DNA of 64,000 nucleotides from Bryobacteraceae bacterium (GTDB lineage: Bacteria; Acidobacteriota; Terriglobia; Bryobacterales; Bryobacteraceae), in assembly GCA_965277855.1 (NCBI GenBank), contig OZ255847.1, positions 3,312,557 to 3,376,556 of the forward strand, in the 5' to 3' direction. A program made the translations under genes and the position numbers. This document shows positions 18,385-28,400 of the stretch, piece after piece. Under the pieces are notes generated by a model. It was given only the letters and a program-made list of their open reading frames with translations, was not told the DNA's origin and did no database searches. The stretch's first letter is position 1; the number at the start of each line of letters is the position of its first letter.

Positions 18385-19408
18385 CAGGTCCGATTGCGCC
18401 GCCATCACGGCATCGAATCGCCACACGCGATCCATTGCTCTTGATGGGTCCGACCGGTGCAGGAAAGTCGAGATTAGCGCGGCGCATCTTCGAACTGAAG
18501 AAAGCTCGTCACGCCGTTAAGGGCGAGTTCGTCGATGTGAACTGCGCCACCTTGCGCGGCGACGGCGCTATGTCGACGCTCTTGGACATGTCAAAGGTGC
18601 ATTTACCGGCGCGCTAAAGGAGCGGCCGGGTCTTCTGCGCACCGCCAATAAAGGAGTTCTCTTCCTGGATGAAATAGGTGAGATGGGATTAGACGAGCAG
18701 GCCATGCTGCTGCGCGCTTTGGAAGAGAAGACATTCTTGCCGCTTGGCTCCGACCGCGAAAGCAACAGCGACTTTCAGTTGATCGCAGGAACCAATCGCG
18801 ATCTGTACCAGGCGGTGCACGAACGCCGCTTCCGCGAAGATCTATTGGCACGCATCAATCTCTGGACCTTTCGCTTGCCCGGCTTGAAAGAGAGGCCGGA
18901 AGACATCGAACCCAACCTTCAGTTCGAACTGGAACAGGTCGCACAGAGAACAGGCCGTCGCGTCACTTTCAGCAAAGAAGCACGCAAGGCTTTTCTCTCG
19001 TTTGCCTTATCGCCCGCGGCTGACTGGAAAGCAAACTTTCGCGATCTGAATGCCGCAGTGGCTCGCATGGCAACGCTCGCGCAAGGCGGACGGATTTCGG
19101 TGCAACTGGTGAATGAGGAGGTCGCGCGTTTGCTGGCGACCTGGCGCGGTCCTGTGGCGCCCGAACAGTCTCAGCAGCTGGCGCTTGTCCTGTCTCCGAA
19201 GCGAATCGAGGAGCTCGATCCTTTCGAGAAAGTTCAGCTCGAACACGTGCTGGCAGTTTGCCGCCGCTCCCGGTCACTATCAGAAGCCGGACGCGCGCTC
19301 TTTCAGGCCTCCAGAGCGAAGAAGACATCCAACAACGATGCAGATCGCCTGCGCAAGTATCTGGCTCGCTATGCGCTGGAATGGTCAGCCCTCGCGGAAC
19401 GGGTTTAA
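18385..19408 (+). pseudogene. rtcR: sigma54-dependent regulator RtcR, 5'-truncated (no CARF domain) and frameshifted
   Basis: Frame A gives ...RIATRDPLLLMGPTGAGKSRLARRIFELKKARHAVKGEFVDVNCATLRGDGAMSTL. The expected continuation (F)GHVKGAFTGALKERPGLLRTANKGVLFLDEIGEMGLDEQAMLLRALEEKTF... is in another frame. This is consistent with one missing T at about 18582-18584. Only about 60 nt separate the rtcA start codon from the first RtcR-like residues, so the roughly 180-aa N-terminal sensor domain cannot be encoded. Confidence 0.8.
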
Positions 19409-19417
19409 GAATTTATT

Positions 19418-20446
19418 TTATGGGCTATAGAGGCCTCCAGCTGCATTCAATATTTCCTTCATTTCCTTTCGCAGTTCACTCGGCGAGACGACCTCGACCG
19501 CATCGCCCCATCCGAGAATCCAGCGACGAATTTCGAAAGGTCCGCCCGCCCGGAACGCGAGTTGGACAGCGCCCTCCGGCAGATCTGTGAGTTCCTGACT
19601 CGGATGCCACAGGCGCTCGTGCACATAGGGCGCTTGATCCGCCCGGAAGCGGAGAACGACGCTCATAGGCTCTTGCCAGGAAACGCCGAACGCATCCTCG
19701 CGACACTTCTGCGGACTGAATCCGGGATCTATCTCGAATTCCGTGTCCAGGAGGCTCACTGACGATAGCCGGTCAACCGAAAGTGTGGCAGTGGCCGTGT
19801 GCTTTGGCACCTGTCCGACCACATACAAGCCTCCGCCTACGAACAAAAGACGGTACGGATCGAACTCATAAGTCTTTGGTTCCGGTCGCGATGGCTTCCG
19901 GTAAGTGACGCGGCACCTTCGCTTGCGGAGAATCGCCTCAATCAAGAGCGCGATTTGGGGTTCGTGAGGGCGAAAATCTTTCGCGCCACAGGTCCACGTG
20001 TCGAACTTTTCGGCCACGCTGGGCGGCACTGCGCCGGGTGACGATTCCACCAGAGCTTGCAGCTTGAACACGGCTGCCGCTAGTGAGTCACTGGCCGGCA
20101 GCGCCGCCTGCGCTTGCCCGGCAGCAAACAGCAACGCGTCCAGTTCCTGCGGCGAAAAACGAATATCGGGTATCTGCGATGAGAGCAGCCGCGGTCGGGA
20201 TAGACGGCCCTGTTCGTCGCCCGCAATGGGATAACCGGCGTCTTCAAGAGCGCGCAAGTCACGACAAATGGTTTCCCGGCGGGTTCCGAACTGAGCCGAA
20301 AGTTCACGAATGGTTGGGGCTTGCTCTTGCACCAACATTCGAAGCAGTGCCAAGATGCGTACGATCTGCCGTTCGCGGCGAGCTTTGGACGAGCGCGGAC
20401 GCGTTTCGCTGCTTCGCCGTTCCTCCCGTGACTGCCGTGTACGCAT
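19418..20446 (-). CDS. HTH-WYL domain transcriptional regulator
   Basis: 342 aa. N-terminal HTH (ILALLRMLVQEQAPTIRELSAQFGTRRETICRDLRALEDAGYPI). WYL-type core (CRVTYRKPSRPEPKTYEFDPYRLLFVGGGLYVVG). C-terminal WCX-like extension. Confidence 0.8.
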   Translation of the reverse strand: MRTRQSREERRSSETRPRSSKARRERQIVRILALLRMLVQEQAPTIRELSAQFGTRRETICRDLRALEDAGYPIAGDEQGRLSRPRLLSSQIPDIRFSPQELDALLFAAGQAQAALPASDSLAAAVFKLQALVESSPGAVPPSVAEKFDTWTCGAKDFRPHEPQIALLIEAILRKRRCRVTYRKPSRPEPKTYEFDPYRLLFVGGGLYVVGQVPKHTATATLSVDRLSSVSLLDTEFEIDPGFSPQKCREDAFGVSWQEPMSVVLRFRADQAPYVHERLWHPSQELTDLPEGAVQLAFRAGGPFEIRRWILGWGDAVEVVSPSELRKEMKEILNAAGGLYSP

Positions 20447-20620
20447 CTATCCTGCATATCGGGCGCTGTGGCAATTTTCTTTAAAGCTCCAGTACCAGGA
20501 CGTTCTCGAAAACTTTCTCTGAGTGAACAACTGTGACGCTGGATCGCACAGAGGGAAACTAGCCTGAAAGGAACTTATGCCACACCTTTCTCAACAGACC
20601 GCTGCATTCCTGTCCCGGGG

Positions 20621-22177
20621 ATGAGCAAACGACGAATGTGGAATGGAACGCCCGGCATTGACAGCCTTTTGCGCAAACTCAAGAGCAATCCGGAAAATCG
20701 CAAGCCGAAGGAGGCGGCCGGATTCGTCATATCCGAAACCCCGGATCTGTTTGCCAACAACGATAACCTGCGTGAAATTACCCGCGTGCGCGATGCTGTC
20801 CGCGATCTTCGTCGAGACGCGAAGGCCATTGATGTAGAAGACGAGTCGCTTACTCGGGCCTGTGAAGCGGATTTCCGCCGCTGCTGCCTTTTGATCTGCG
20901 GACGGATTATCGGCGGACAGAAGCGCGAACTCACCGAGAGAGACCGCTCCTGTTTGGAGCAGGTTCTAGGATTCCCGGTCGATTCGACTGAACTCGCAAC
21001 GGTCAGCGCCGAACTGCGCTCTCGCCCAGTTGCCGAACTCGATGGCCTGTTCCCCATGCTGCTGCGGCGCAAGCTCGACGTCGATACAAAATATCTTGAC
21101 CCGTGCGATTCGCTCATCCGCAAAATCGAGACCATCGCCGAATCGACCGGGAAAATCTACGGAGACAAGCTCGGCAAGCGTGCCAACCTCGCGACACGTG
21201 TCGGCTTACAACTCCGCTGGCTGGTTGATACCGCCAGAGAGCGCCAGGCAGACTCCCCGCCAGACTCTCCGGAGAAAAGCGCGAACGGATTAACCGAGCC
21301 GGTCAATCCAGAAACTCTCGACGACATCAAGGCGGAGCTGATGGGCCTGATCGGCCTGGAACCCGTCAAAAAAGATTTTCTGTCGATCTCGAATCTGCTT
21401 CGAATTCGTCAGCTCCGAAAACAAAACGAGCTGAATACCGATCCTTTATCGCTCCACCTGGTTTTTACCGGTAATCCCGGAACCGGTAAAACGACGGTCG
21501 CCCGGCTTCTGGCGCGTGCGTATCGGGCCTTGGGCGTTCTCTCGAAAGGGCATCTGGTCGAGGTCGATCGCTCCGGACTTGTCGCCGGCTACGTGGGACA
21601 TACCGCGCTCAAGACGAAGGAGGTCGTGAAGCGAGCGTTGGACGGAGTGCTTTTCATAGACGAAGCCTATGCGCTCCTGGGCGAAGGTAAAGACTTTGGA
21701 CCGGAGGCCATCAACACACTCCTTAAGCTGATGGAAGACTATCGTGAACGCCTGATTGTCATCGTAGCGGGCTACACGGAGCCCATGAAGGCGTTTCTTG
21801 AAAGCAATCCCGGACTCAAGTCGCGCTTTAATAAGTTCATTCACTTTGGCGATTACTCCACAGCGGAGATGGCTCAGATCTTCGCATACATGCTCGGCAA
21901 CGCACAGTACCGGGTCACCGATGAGGCGCGCTCGGTGATCGACCCGGCGATGTCGGGACTGCGCCTGGCCGGGAAAGAGCATTTTGGAAATGCACGGGTG
22001 GTTCGGAATCTTGTGGAGCACGTACAGCAGGAGCACGCCAATAGGCTTTCGCCGGTTGCAGAACCAACCACGGCAGATCTGCTTATCATTGAGCGCGCCG
22101 ATATCGAAGCCGCGGCGGCCGCGATGCACTCCCGAAGTGCAAGCGACGAACCTGACGGGGGTTCGAATGGCGAATAG
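20621..22177 (+). CDS. AAA+ ATPase of the CbbX/SpoVK/EccA type with an unassigned ~270-aa N-terminal region
   Basis: 518 aa. Walker A FTGNPGTGKTTVARLLA, Walker B VLFIDEAYAL, and VAGYTEPMKAFLESNPGLKSRF typical of the CbbX/SpoVK clade. The N-terminal half matches nothing I can name. Confidence 0.85.
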   Translation: MSKRRMWNGTPGIDSLLRKLKSNPENRKPKEAAGFVISETPDLFANNDNLREITRVRDAVRDLRRDAKAIDVEDESLTRACEADFRRCCLLICGRIIGGQKRELTERDRSCLEQVLGFPVDSTELATVSAELRSRPVAELDGLFPMLLRRKLDVDTKYLDPCDSLIRKIETIAESTGKIYGDKLGKRANLATRVGLQLRWLVDTARERQADSPPDSPEKSANGLTEPVNPETLDDIKAELMGLIGLEPVKKDFLSISNLLRIRQLRKQNELNTDPLSLHLVFTGNPGTGKTTVARLLARAYRALGVLSKGHLVEVDRSGLVAGYVGHTALKTKEVVKRALDGVLFIDEAYALLGEGKDFGPEAINTLLKLMEDYRERLIVIVAGYTEPMKAFLESNPGLKSRFNKFIHFGDYSTAEMAQIFAYMLGNAQYRVTDEARSVIDPAMSGLRLAGKEHFGNARVVRNLVEHVQQEHANRLSPVAEPTTADLLIIERADIEAAAAAMHSRSASDEPDGGSNGE

Positions 22178-22472
22178 AAAACAGTTTCGCTACGTGGCCC
22201 GTTATGTCCTCCTTTGCTGGATCGGCTTAGCCGGCGTCTATGGCCTCGTGATGGGCATCTACTATCTCTGCCGGAAAGATATCTCGCTCACGATCATGGT
22301 GTCCCAGGCGATTCTATACAGCGCCATGTTTACCGTACTTGGACTCCAACAATACAAACTCCGGCGCGGCCGGAATCAGTTGCACCGCCGCAAAGAAGGC
22401 TGGGGGCTTTCGAAAAGAGAGATGGATGGCGACCTCGACGAATCGGAGGAGATCGATAACGGATGGAACTAA
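22167..22472 (+). CDS. small two-TM membrane protein, translationally coupled to the AAA+ ATPase
   Basis: The ATG at 22167 overlaps the ATPase stop (22175-22177) by 11 nt. 101 aa with two hydrophobic helices (YVLLCWIGLAGVYGLVMGIYYL; LTIMVSQAILYSAMFTVLGL) and a charged C-terminal tail. The ORF-track entry 21984..22472 contains it. Confidence 0.55.
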   Translation: MANRKQFRYVARYVLLCWIGLAGVYGLVMGIYYLCRKDISLTIMVSQAILYSAMFTVLGLQQYKLRRGRNQLHRRKEGWGLSKREMDGDLDESEEIDNGWN

Positions 22473-22529
22473 CGGATCCTGCATTCCAACGAGTGACGAT
22501 CGCGTCTCTCATAAAAACTGTCGTGATGA

Positions 22530-23304
22530 TTAGCTGGGTACTGAGCCGTCCCGAACGGATTGGAGCCGCACCCGAACAAGAAAGTCATTCAGCGGACCGC
22601 GCGAAGTAGGTTCCTCCGGCAGAGTAGACTCGGAGGCCGCCTCTTCGAGCTTCCCGATCAAGCGCCTGTATTCAGCTTCATAAAAACTCCGCGCCTTCGC
22701 ATCAAGCAAGCCGTTTTCTAATCCCAGCATTTTTTTCTCCACCAATTCCGGGAGGTAAGGTAAGCGAAACTCTTCGTTCAGCGTGACGAGGTTGGCCTCT
22801 ATCTTCCCGGTGCGCATGAGGTGTATGCCAGTCAGAATCACACGATAAACATAAAGAAGCGACTTGATGCGCGGCGGGTTTTCCTTTTGAAATAAGTCCC
22901 ACTGCGTCGCAGCGAAACCAAGATAATGATGGCTGTGATGACGGGTGATGCAACCGGTCGCGATCTCTTTTAGCTCGAGGTGTTCTGGTGTGCTGTGTAC
23001 GATCAGCGGCGAGTAAAGCTGCTCCAGAACGTAGCCATTCCTTTTCAGCAGCATCGTGAAGAACTTGAGAATCTCGTGTCACCAGGTCCATTTCGATTCC
23101 GCCACGCACACCCGACACCTCAATCGTGTCCTGCTTTGGCAGCAGGCCAACGGATTCCTTCGCGGGTAGAAGGTGAACGCCGCGCAGGTCATAGTCCGAA
23201 TCTGGGAACGGAAACCCGTACAAATGCGCGCCGCTGATGGTAGCAAACAGCAAAGGGTAAGGATGGCTGGAAGCTTCTGCCTGCAGTAGTTCGAAATCAA
23301 TCAC
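22530..23304 (-). pseudogene. Pol-beta-type nucleotidyltransferase (PF10127/RlaP-like), copy 2, interrupted by a 1-nt frameshift
   Basis: The N-terminal part is in ORF 22702..23304 (ATISGAHLYGFPFPDSDYDLRGVHLL...GIEMDLVT). The rest is in ORF 22530..23054 (..EILKFFTMLLKRNGYVLEQLYSPLIV...). The frames join at about 23072-23080 (rc ...gtgacacgagattctc...). The GTG start overlaps the stop of copy 1 (GTGA). Confidence 0.7.
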
Positions 23305-24197
23305 AGCTGGTACTCCGGCGAAGCAGACGCCCGCCGCGCGCGGATCAGGAAATCGTTGGCGCGCTCATAGTCCGGATGGGCCGGTAGTCGGGTTGAGTCG
23401 AGTGCTTCATCAAGTTCGCGATGGAGAGCAAGGCGCCATCGCTCGACTTCTTCCCACGCCACTTCCCCACGGCGAATTGCTAAGAGCCGTTTGCGGTATT
23501 CCTCGACTCGGAGAGGTACGAAGCCGTGCTTCAAAACTGCTACGCCGGAAAGAAGCAGGCGAATCAAATGCATCACGTGCTTCCAACGTATTTGCCCGCT
23601 ACTCCGAAGATCCTGTTCCAGCTTCTTGAATTGCGAAAGTACGTACGCGTTATACGTGCGATGAACGTATTGCGAGAGAAAGATATGCCGCAAATCAATC
23701 AGCTCTTGGGCAATCGGAGTACAGGTTTCCACCAGGGGTGAATAAAGGCACTCCAGGGCGTTCGGATTCGCTTTCAGAGCAAGACGAATGAACTTTTCGA
23801 TTTCCCAATAGGCTTCTTCATTATCCGTTTCCAACTGCTCGGGAACGCTGGCAAGTGACCAGGCAAGTTCGGCCGGGGGCAGGTAGAAACCACGACGGTC
23901 CGTGTCAGAACCTCCTTGAGTCAGCCCGTAGGCGGTCGAACCGACGATGCAGCGATAAATCACAAAGCGATAGAGTCCTGTTGAATCGGCCGCTCCCGGC
24001 ACTTCCGCCTGCACGTGCTTGAAGATACTGAGTTCGGCCCGTCGAAAGCTTTCCTCGGGACCATCCGCAAAGCGAACGCGATAGCGGTGGTCTGGACCGC
24101 TCGGACTATAAGCCACAATGCCGACCCGGCCGCCGAGTCTGGTCAGCACCTTCGTTCCTTCCGGGATGACAAGGTGGGTCTGATTCTCGCGCTGCAA
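23301..24197 (-). CDS. Pol-beta-type nucleotidyltransferase (PF10127/RlaP-like), copy 1, with ~75-aa N-terminal extension
   Basis: 298 aa with a TTG start. NTase signature VGSTAYGLTQGGSDTDRRGFYL, then NALECLYSPLV and a helical C-terminal half. It is a paralogue of copy 2. It starts 34 nt downstream of the jetD stop on the same strand. Confidence 0.7.
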   Translation of the reverse strand: MQRENQTHLVIPEGTKVLTRLGGRVGIVAYSPSGPDHRYRVRFADGPEESFRRAELSIFKHVQAEVPGAADSTGLYRFVIYRCIVGSTAYGLTQGGSDTDRRGFYLPPAELAWSLASVPEQLETDNEEAYWEIEKFIRLALKANPNALECLYSPLVETCTPIAQELIDLRHIFLSQYVHRTYNAYVLSQFKKLEQDLRSSGQIRWKHVMHLIRLLLSGVAVLKHGFVPLRVEEYRKRLLAIRRGEVAWEEVERWRLALHRELDEALDSTRLPAHPDYERANDFLIRARRASASPEYQL

Positions 24198-24231
24198 TTT
24201 CGCCTACCTTTGAGCGAGTTCCAACCTTCGG

Positions 24232-25452
24232 CTACAGTTTACGAGACCCGACTTCCTGGTGCGCGGCCAGCGCCCGCAACGCACTGTTAAACCAGCTGAA
24301 CGAAATCCGTTCCTGTTCGAGCCGAACACTGTCGCCCATCACGTCGTCCTTCAAATCCCTGAACAAGGAATGTTCCGAATGCGTGAGCCGGCTGAGCACG
24401 CCCTCATATGGGCCTTCTTCAGTCACCCAAAGTCCGCGATGCGCGAGCAGGGTCTCGCGATCCATCAGGAACGCTTGCACTTCAGGAAAATTCGCACGCA
24501 GACGATCGAGAATGGCAAACCCGTGCGTATCGATGTCACCCCAGTAATAAAGCGGTTTCTCTTTCAGCCACCCGGCTTCCGCCAGAAGGGGAACACCATA
24601 GCCCAATCCGAAGATCACCAGGCTACCGGGTATCTCAGGAAACGCCAGGCCATTGATTTCGTTCTCGGTAATAAACACTCTTTCAACCGGAATCGACAGC
24701 TGAACAAACTGGTCGACGGGAACACTTAAATCGCTCAAGCCCTGAATCTGCAGCCGATCGTCGAGGATGCGAAACCGGATCAAAGGCGGTTTGGCGATCA
24801 GGCCGTAACGCTCTTCAAAACTCTTCGAGCGCCCGGCCAGCGTGGCCTCCGCAGTCTCTGGAAGCACTCGATCGAGCAGCTCAGACAACAGACCTTTGCG
24901 CGCCTCGATGAACTTGGTATCCACGCCAGGTATTTCGAGTTGGCGAAGATAGAGCGGCGCACCCGAACGATCCGCAAACCAGGTGAGGATGGCTAGAATC
25001 CGGTCCCAGTCGTCGGCATGATTGAGCGCGGTAAATGGACGCCGAGCAAACCAGTCCTCTAACGCCGGGAATCGACTTATGCTTTCCTCGACCAGACGCT
25101 GGAAGCAGTTAGCTTCGGATTGCTTGCCAATCAGGCGAGTGGCATCGTTTTTAGTCGGCAGGATGATTGCGGCCGGTACACGATTGTGCCCCAGAGTGCG
25201 ATGCTTTATTTGCGCCCATTGAATCTCGTACCCGAAATCCCGCGTGGCCTTGCTGCCCTCTTCGAGATTTTTGATCCACTTTCGAACCTCATCAAAGCGG
25301 TCTGAAAGAGCAGCCGCATCCGGTTTTTTGAAGCGCATTTTCAGAGGAAATTCGAGCTGACCGTCGCCACCGGTTCTCAACAGCCGTCCTGATTCCCAAA
25401 ATCGCTCCACCTGCTGCCTGATAGCGGCTGGTGCGGTCCATTCCATGGACAT
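24232..25452 (-). CDS. jetD: Wadjet JetD (Toprim-like nuclease subunit, DUF2220-type C-terminus)
   Basis: About 406 aa counted from the ATG at 25452, which lies 1 nt after the jetC stop. The ORF-track start at 25494 overlaps jetC. The C-terminal VFITENEINGLAFPE...VIFGLGYG...LYYWGDIDTHGFAILDRLR is the Toprim-like acidic motif of JetD/MksG proteins. Confidence 0.85.
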   Translation of the reverse strand: MSMEWTAPAAIRQQVERFWESGRLLRTGGDGQLEFPLKMRFKKPDAAALSDRFDEVRKWIKNLEEGSKATRDFGYEIQWAQIKHRTLGHNRVPAAIILPTKNDATRLIGKQSEANCFQRLVEESISRFPALEDWFARRPFTALNHADDWDRILAILTWFADRSGAPLYLRQLEIPGVDTKFIEARKGLLSELLDRVLPETAEATLAGRSKSFEERYGLIAKPPLIRFRILDDRLQIQGLSDLSVPVDQFVQLSIPVERVFITENEINGLAFPEIPGSLVIFGLGYGVPLLAEAGWLKEKPLYYWGDIDTHGFAILDRLRANFPEVQAFLMDRETLLAHRGLWVTEEGPYEGVLSRLTHSEHSLFRDLKDDVMGDSVRLEQERISFSWFNSALRALAAHQEVGSRKL

Positions 25453-25453
25453 C

Positions 25454-28400
25454 TTAGGCGCTGCGAGCGTCCCGTTCAGCCCGGTATTCTTCAATCGTCA
25501 AATTGCGCAGCATGGATTGCCGGCCCTCGTGATTATGTACGAATCCTACGCTTGCCACAAACGGTTCGATGATATGGATCTTCTGCAGCGGAGTAACAAT
25601 CAGTAACTGCAGATTCAGCCGCTTGAACAAGTCGAGTCCGTAGCGGGCCGATTCATCCGAGCCCCGTCCGAAAGCCTCATCGATCACCACAAACCGGAAA
25701 GAGCGCAAGCGTTCCTTGTTCCACTCGAGCCCAAACTGATAGGCAAGGCTGGCGGCCAGCACGGTATAGGCAAGCTTCTCTTTCTGGCCGCCTGATTTGC
25801 CGCCCGAGTCGGTATAGTGTTCGAACTCGCGGTCGTCTTCCCGCCACCGTTCGGACGCCGAGAAAGTGAACCACTCGCGCACATCAGTCACTTTCTCTTT
25901 CCATCGTTTATCTAACTGCGCGCTGCCTTCACGCCCGCGGAAACGCTCGATGATCGCCTTGACGTTAAGAAATTTCGATTCTGAATATTCCTCGTCGTAA
26001 GATCCGGTCAACGTGCCCTCGGTACAAGCCCGCAGGTCCTGGTGAAAATCCCGAATCTCTACATCGGTATTCGGCTCGGCTTCGAGTGTGATGTAGCGGC
26101 CCGGGTTGTAATCGATCTGTTGCAGGGATTTGTTGATCAGTTCGATACGCCCGCGAATCGCCTCCCGTTCGCGATAGAGCTGCGATTGAAAATTGGCCAC
26201 TTCGCGAATCGTGTTCTCGTTGAGCAACTCTTTAAATCGCGCCTCAAACCGCGGCAGATCGTCCGACGCAAGTTGGTTCAGCATCCCGCGGTATTCTTCC
26301 GCCGCCTGGATACTGGCATCGGCCTCTTGCGTTTCGAGCGGATACCGGGCACGATACGATTCCATCGCCTTCACAATTTGCTCGGAGAGCCGGGCGATCT
26401 TCTTATCTTCCGCGTCGATTCTTGTCTGTATCCACTCCCGCATTTCTCTTTCGCGGTTGTCGCAGGATTCAACGGTTACGCTCTGTTCCCCTAATGCTCC
26501 GCGGGCCATGTCATCGAGCCGTGGAAATTCCTTAGCCGTGACTTCATCCGGCACAGCCGCTAAGATCTCCTGGCACTCCATCGCTTGAGACTGAGCATTT
26601 TCGAGCTTGTGCCCGGCAAGCGTGTTTTGCTGGTGATACTGCTCCAGCCTTCGCTCCGACTCCTCGAGCAATTTTTCCAAGCCCGCCAGCTGGCCCTGCA
26701 GAGTGCGCAAAATATCCGACCCCTGCTCCAACTCCCGGCGCTCCGCCTCTAACCGCTCAATCTCGATCATCGGCGATTTCCAATCCAGATCGCGGAAGCT
26801 TTGAAAAACAGAGAGCCGGTGCAGCACCAGCAGCCGCTCTTGCAACGCCTTGCCCTCCGCCTGCAGAGTTGCAATACGCCCCGAACTTTTCTGCAGGCGC
26901 GTATTAAGCTCTCTGGCCTGCGTTTCCAGAGCAGCGATTTTGGCTTCGTTCGACCACCCCAGCACAAAGCGGGAGCGATCATCGATGCGGTAACGGTCGT
27001 CCTTCTCGTGACGTTCCCCGACGCCCTTGATCTGGCCTGACCGCGTGATGGCCTGACGTTCGCGCCGGAACAGATCCAGCGAATCGCAGCAAACGTAGTT
27101 GAATCGCCGTCTGATCTCCGCGTCCAACCAGTCATAAAAGACCGGGTGCGGCTTGATGCCGATTTTGTGAACTAGCGAGGACGCGTCGATCGCGGGCTGC
27201 ATCTGAAAATGCTCGGCTGTTTGCTGCCCCCGGATGCGGTAATACACCAACCGTCCTCCGAGATGGGTGCGGTCCACAGACTGCGCCAATGCGGCATAAT
27301 GCGCATCCGGAACCAGCAGGGACAAACCGAAATTGTGCAGAACGCGTTCCATCGCACCTTCCCAATCGCGCTCTTCGGGACGAACCTGCAGGAGCTCTCC
27401 GGCGAAAGGCAACGTCTCCTCCGTAAGCCCCGTCGCGCGGCATAGTTGCTCGCGCAGATCGAGCATGTTCCTGGGGAGATTCGAACGGCGTCGGCGTAGC
27501 GACTGAAGTTCGGATCTGAGTTCCTGTTCCTGCTCCTCCAATTGACGCAACTCGACAATCGCTTCCGTCAGCTCGTTCTGTTTTTCGGCCTGGCGGATTT
27601 CCGTTGCCCCCTTCTCCGCGGCGATGTCACGCTGGTTAGCCAAGAAAATCTCTTCATTCACCACGCCGGGAAGGGCCGCCGTGCCTGCGAGCGCGTCGTA
27701 ATCTCCCGCTCGCCTCGCCCGTTGCTCCTTCTCTCTTTGATTCTCGAATATCTCCGCCTTGATCCGTTCCAGCCGGTTCCCGCCATTCTCGGCGATCGCG
27801 GTCTTTACCTCGTCGCGTTCGAGACGGCGTGCTCTCTGCTTCTCGGAAAGCGACTCGATCCGGCCGGCCACGACGCTCAACTCGGCCTCTAACTTGGCCG
27901 TGCGCTCTCGCAGCAGCGCCAGTTTCAGGAAAGCCGACCACGGCCGCAACATGCTCCGGCTGGTGCGCAGCAGCGTGACTTCGCCCGCCAGCTGCTCCAG
28001 CGTTTTGCAGTCGGTCACCAGTGGAGTCAAGCGGTTTATCTGATCCTTGGCCTTGAGCACTGCCTCGTGCGCCCGGTTCAGATCGTCGAAGTGATTGACA
28101 AGAGCCGCAATGCGAGACTCAACCGGGAATGATTCCAGCATGTGTTCCCGTACAAAATCGGTCAGATTTCCCACGGATTTCATGGAAACTGTCTGGTTGA
28201 ATAAATCCAGCGCCTGTTCGTTCTCAATTCCAAAGCGGCGGCGGTACGCCGCCCCAAACGGTGGAAAGGTGTCGAACAATTCCACATCCGGCATTGCGCG
28301 CAGCCGTTTCCTCAGATCCTTTACTTCGGACCCAAAGCCGGCTAAGTGCTCCGCAATCGCTAGCGGACGGTCGGCCACCACATAAAGACGCGCCGGTTGC

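Noticed and set aside
18335-18480. Sigma54 (-24 GG / -12 GC) promoter upstream of rtcA
   Set aside because: The closest match (tggcgattcgatgcc on the minus strand) has the wrong GG-GC spacing by one nucleotide. It also lies inside the rtcR remnant, so it is not convincing.
20621-21430. N-terminal half of the AAA+ ATPase as a TerB-like domain
   Set aside because: Only a vague resemblance was seen (LLICGRIIGG..ELTERDRSCLEQVLG). That is not enough to call from sequence alone, so it is left unassigned.
22158-22172. ggttcgaatgg resembling a tRNA T-loop
   Set aside because: It lies inside the AAA+ ATPase coding sequence, deviates from GGTTCGAATCC, and has no flanking acceptor or anticodon stems.
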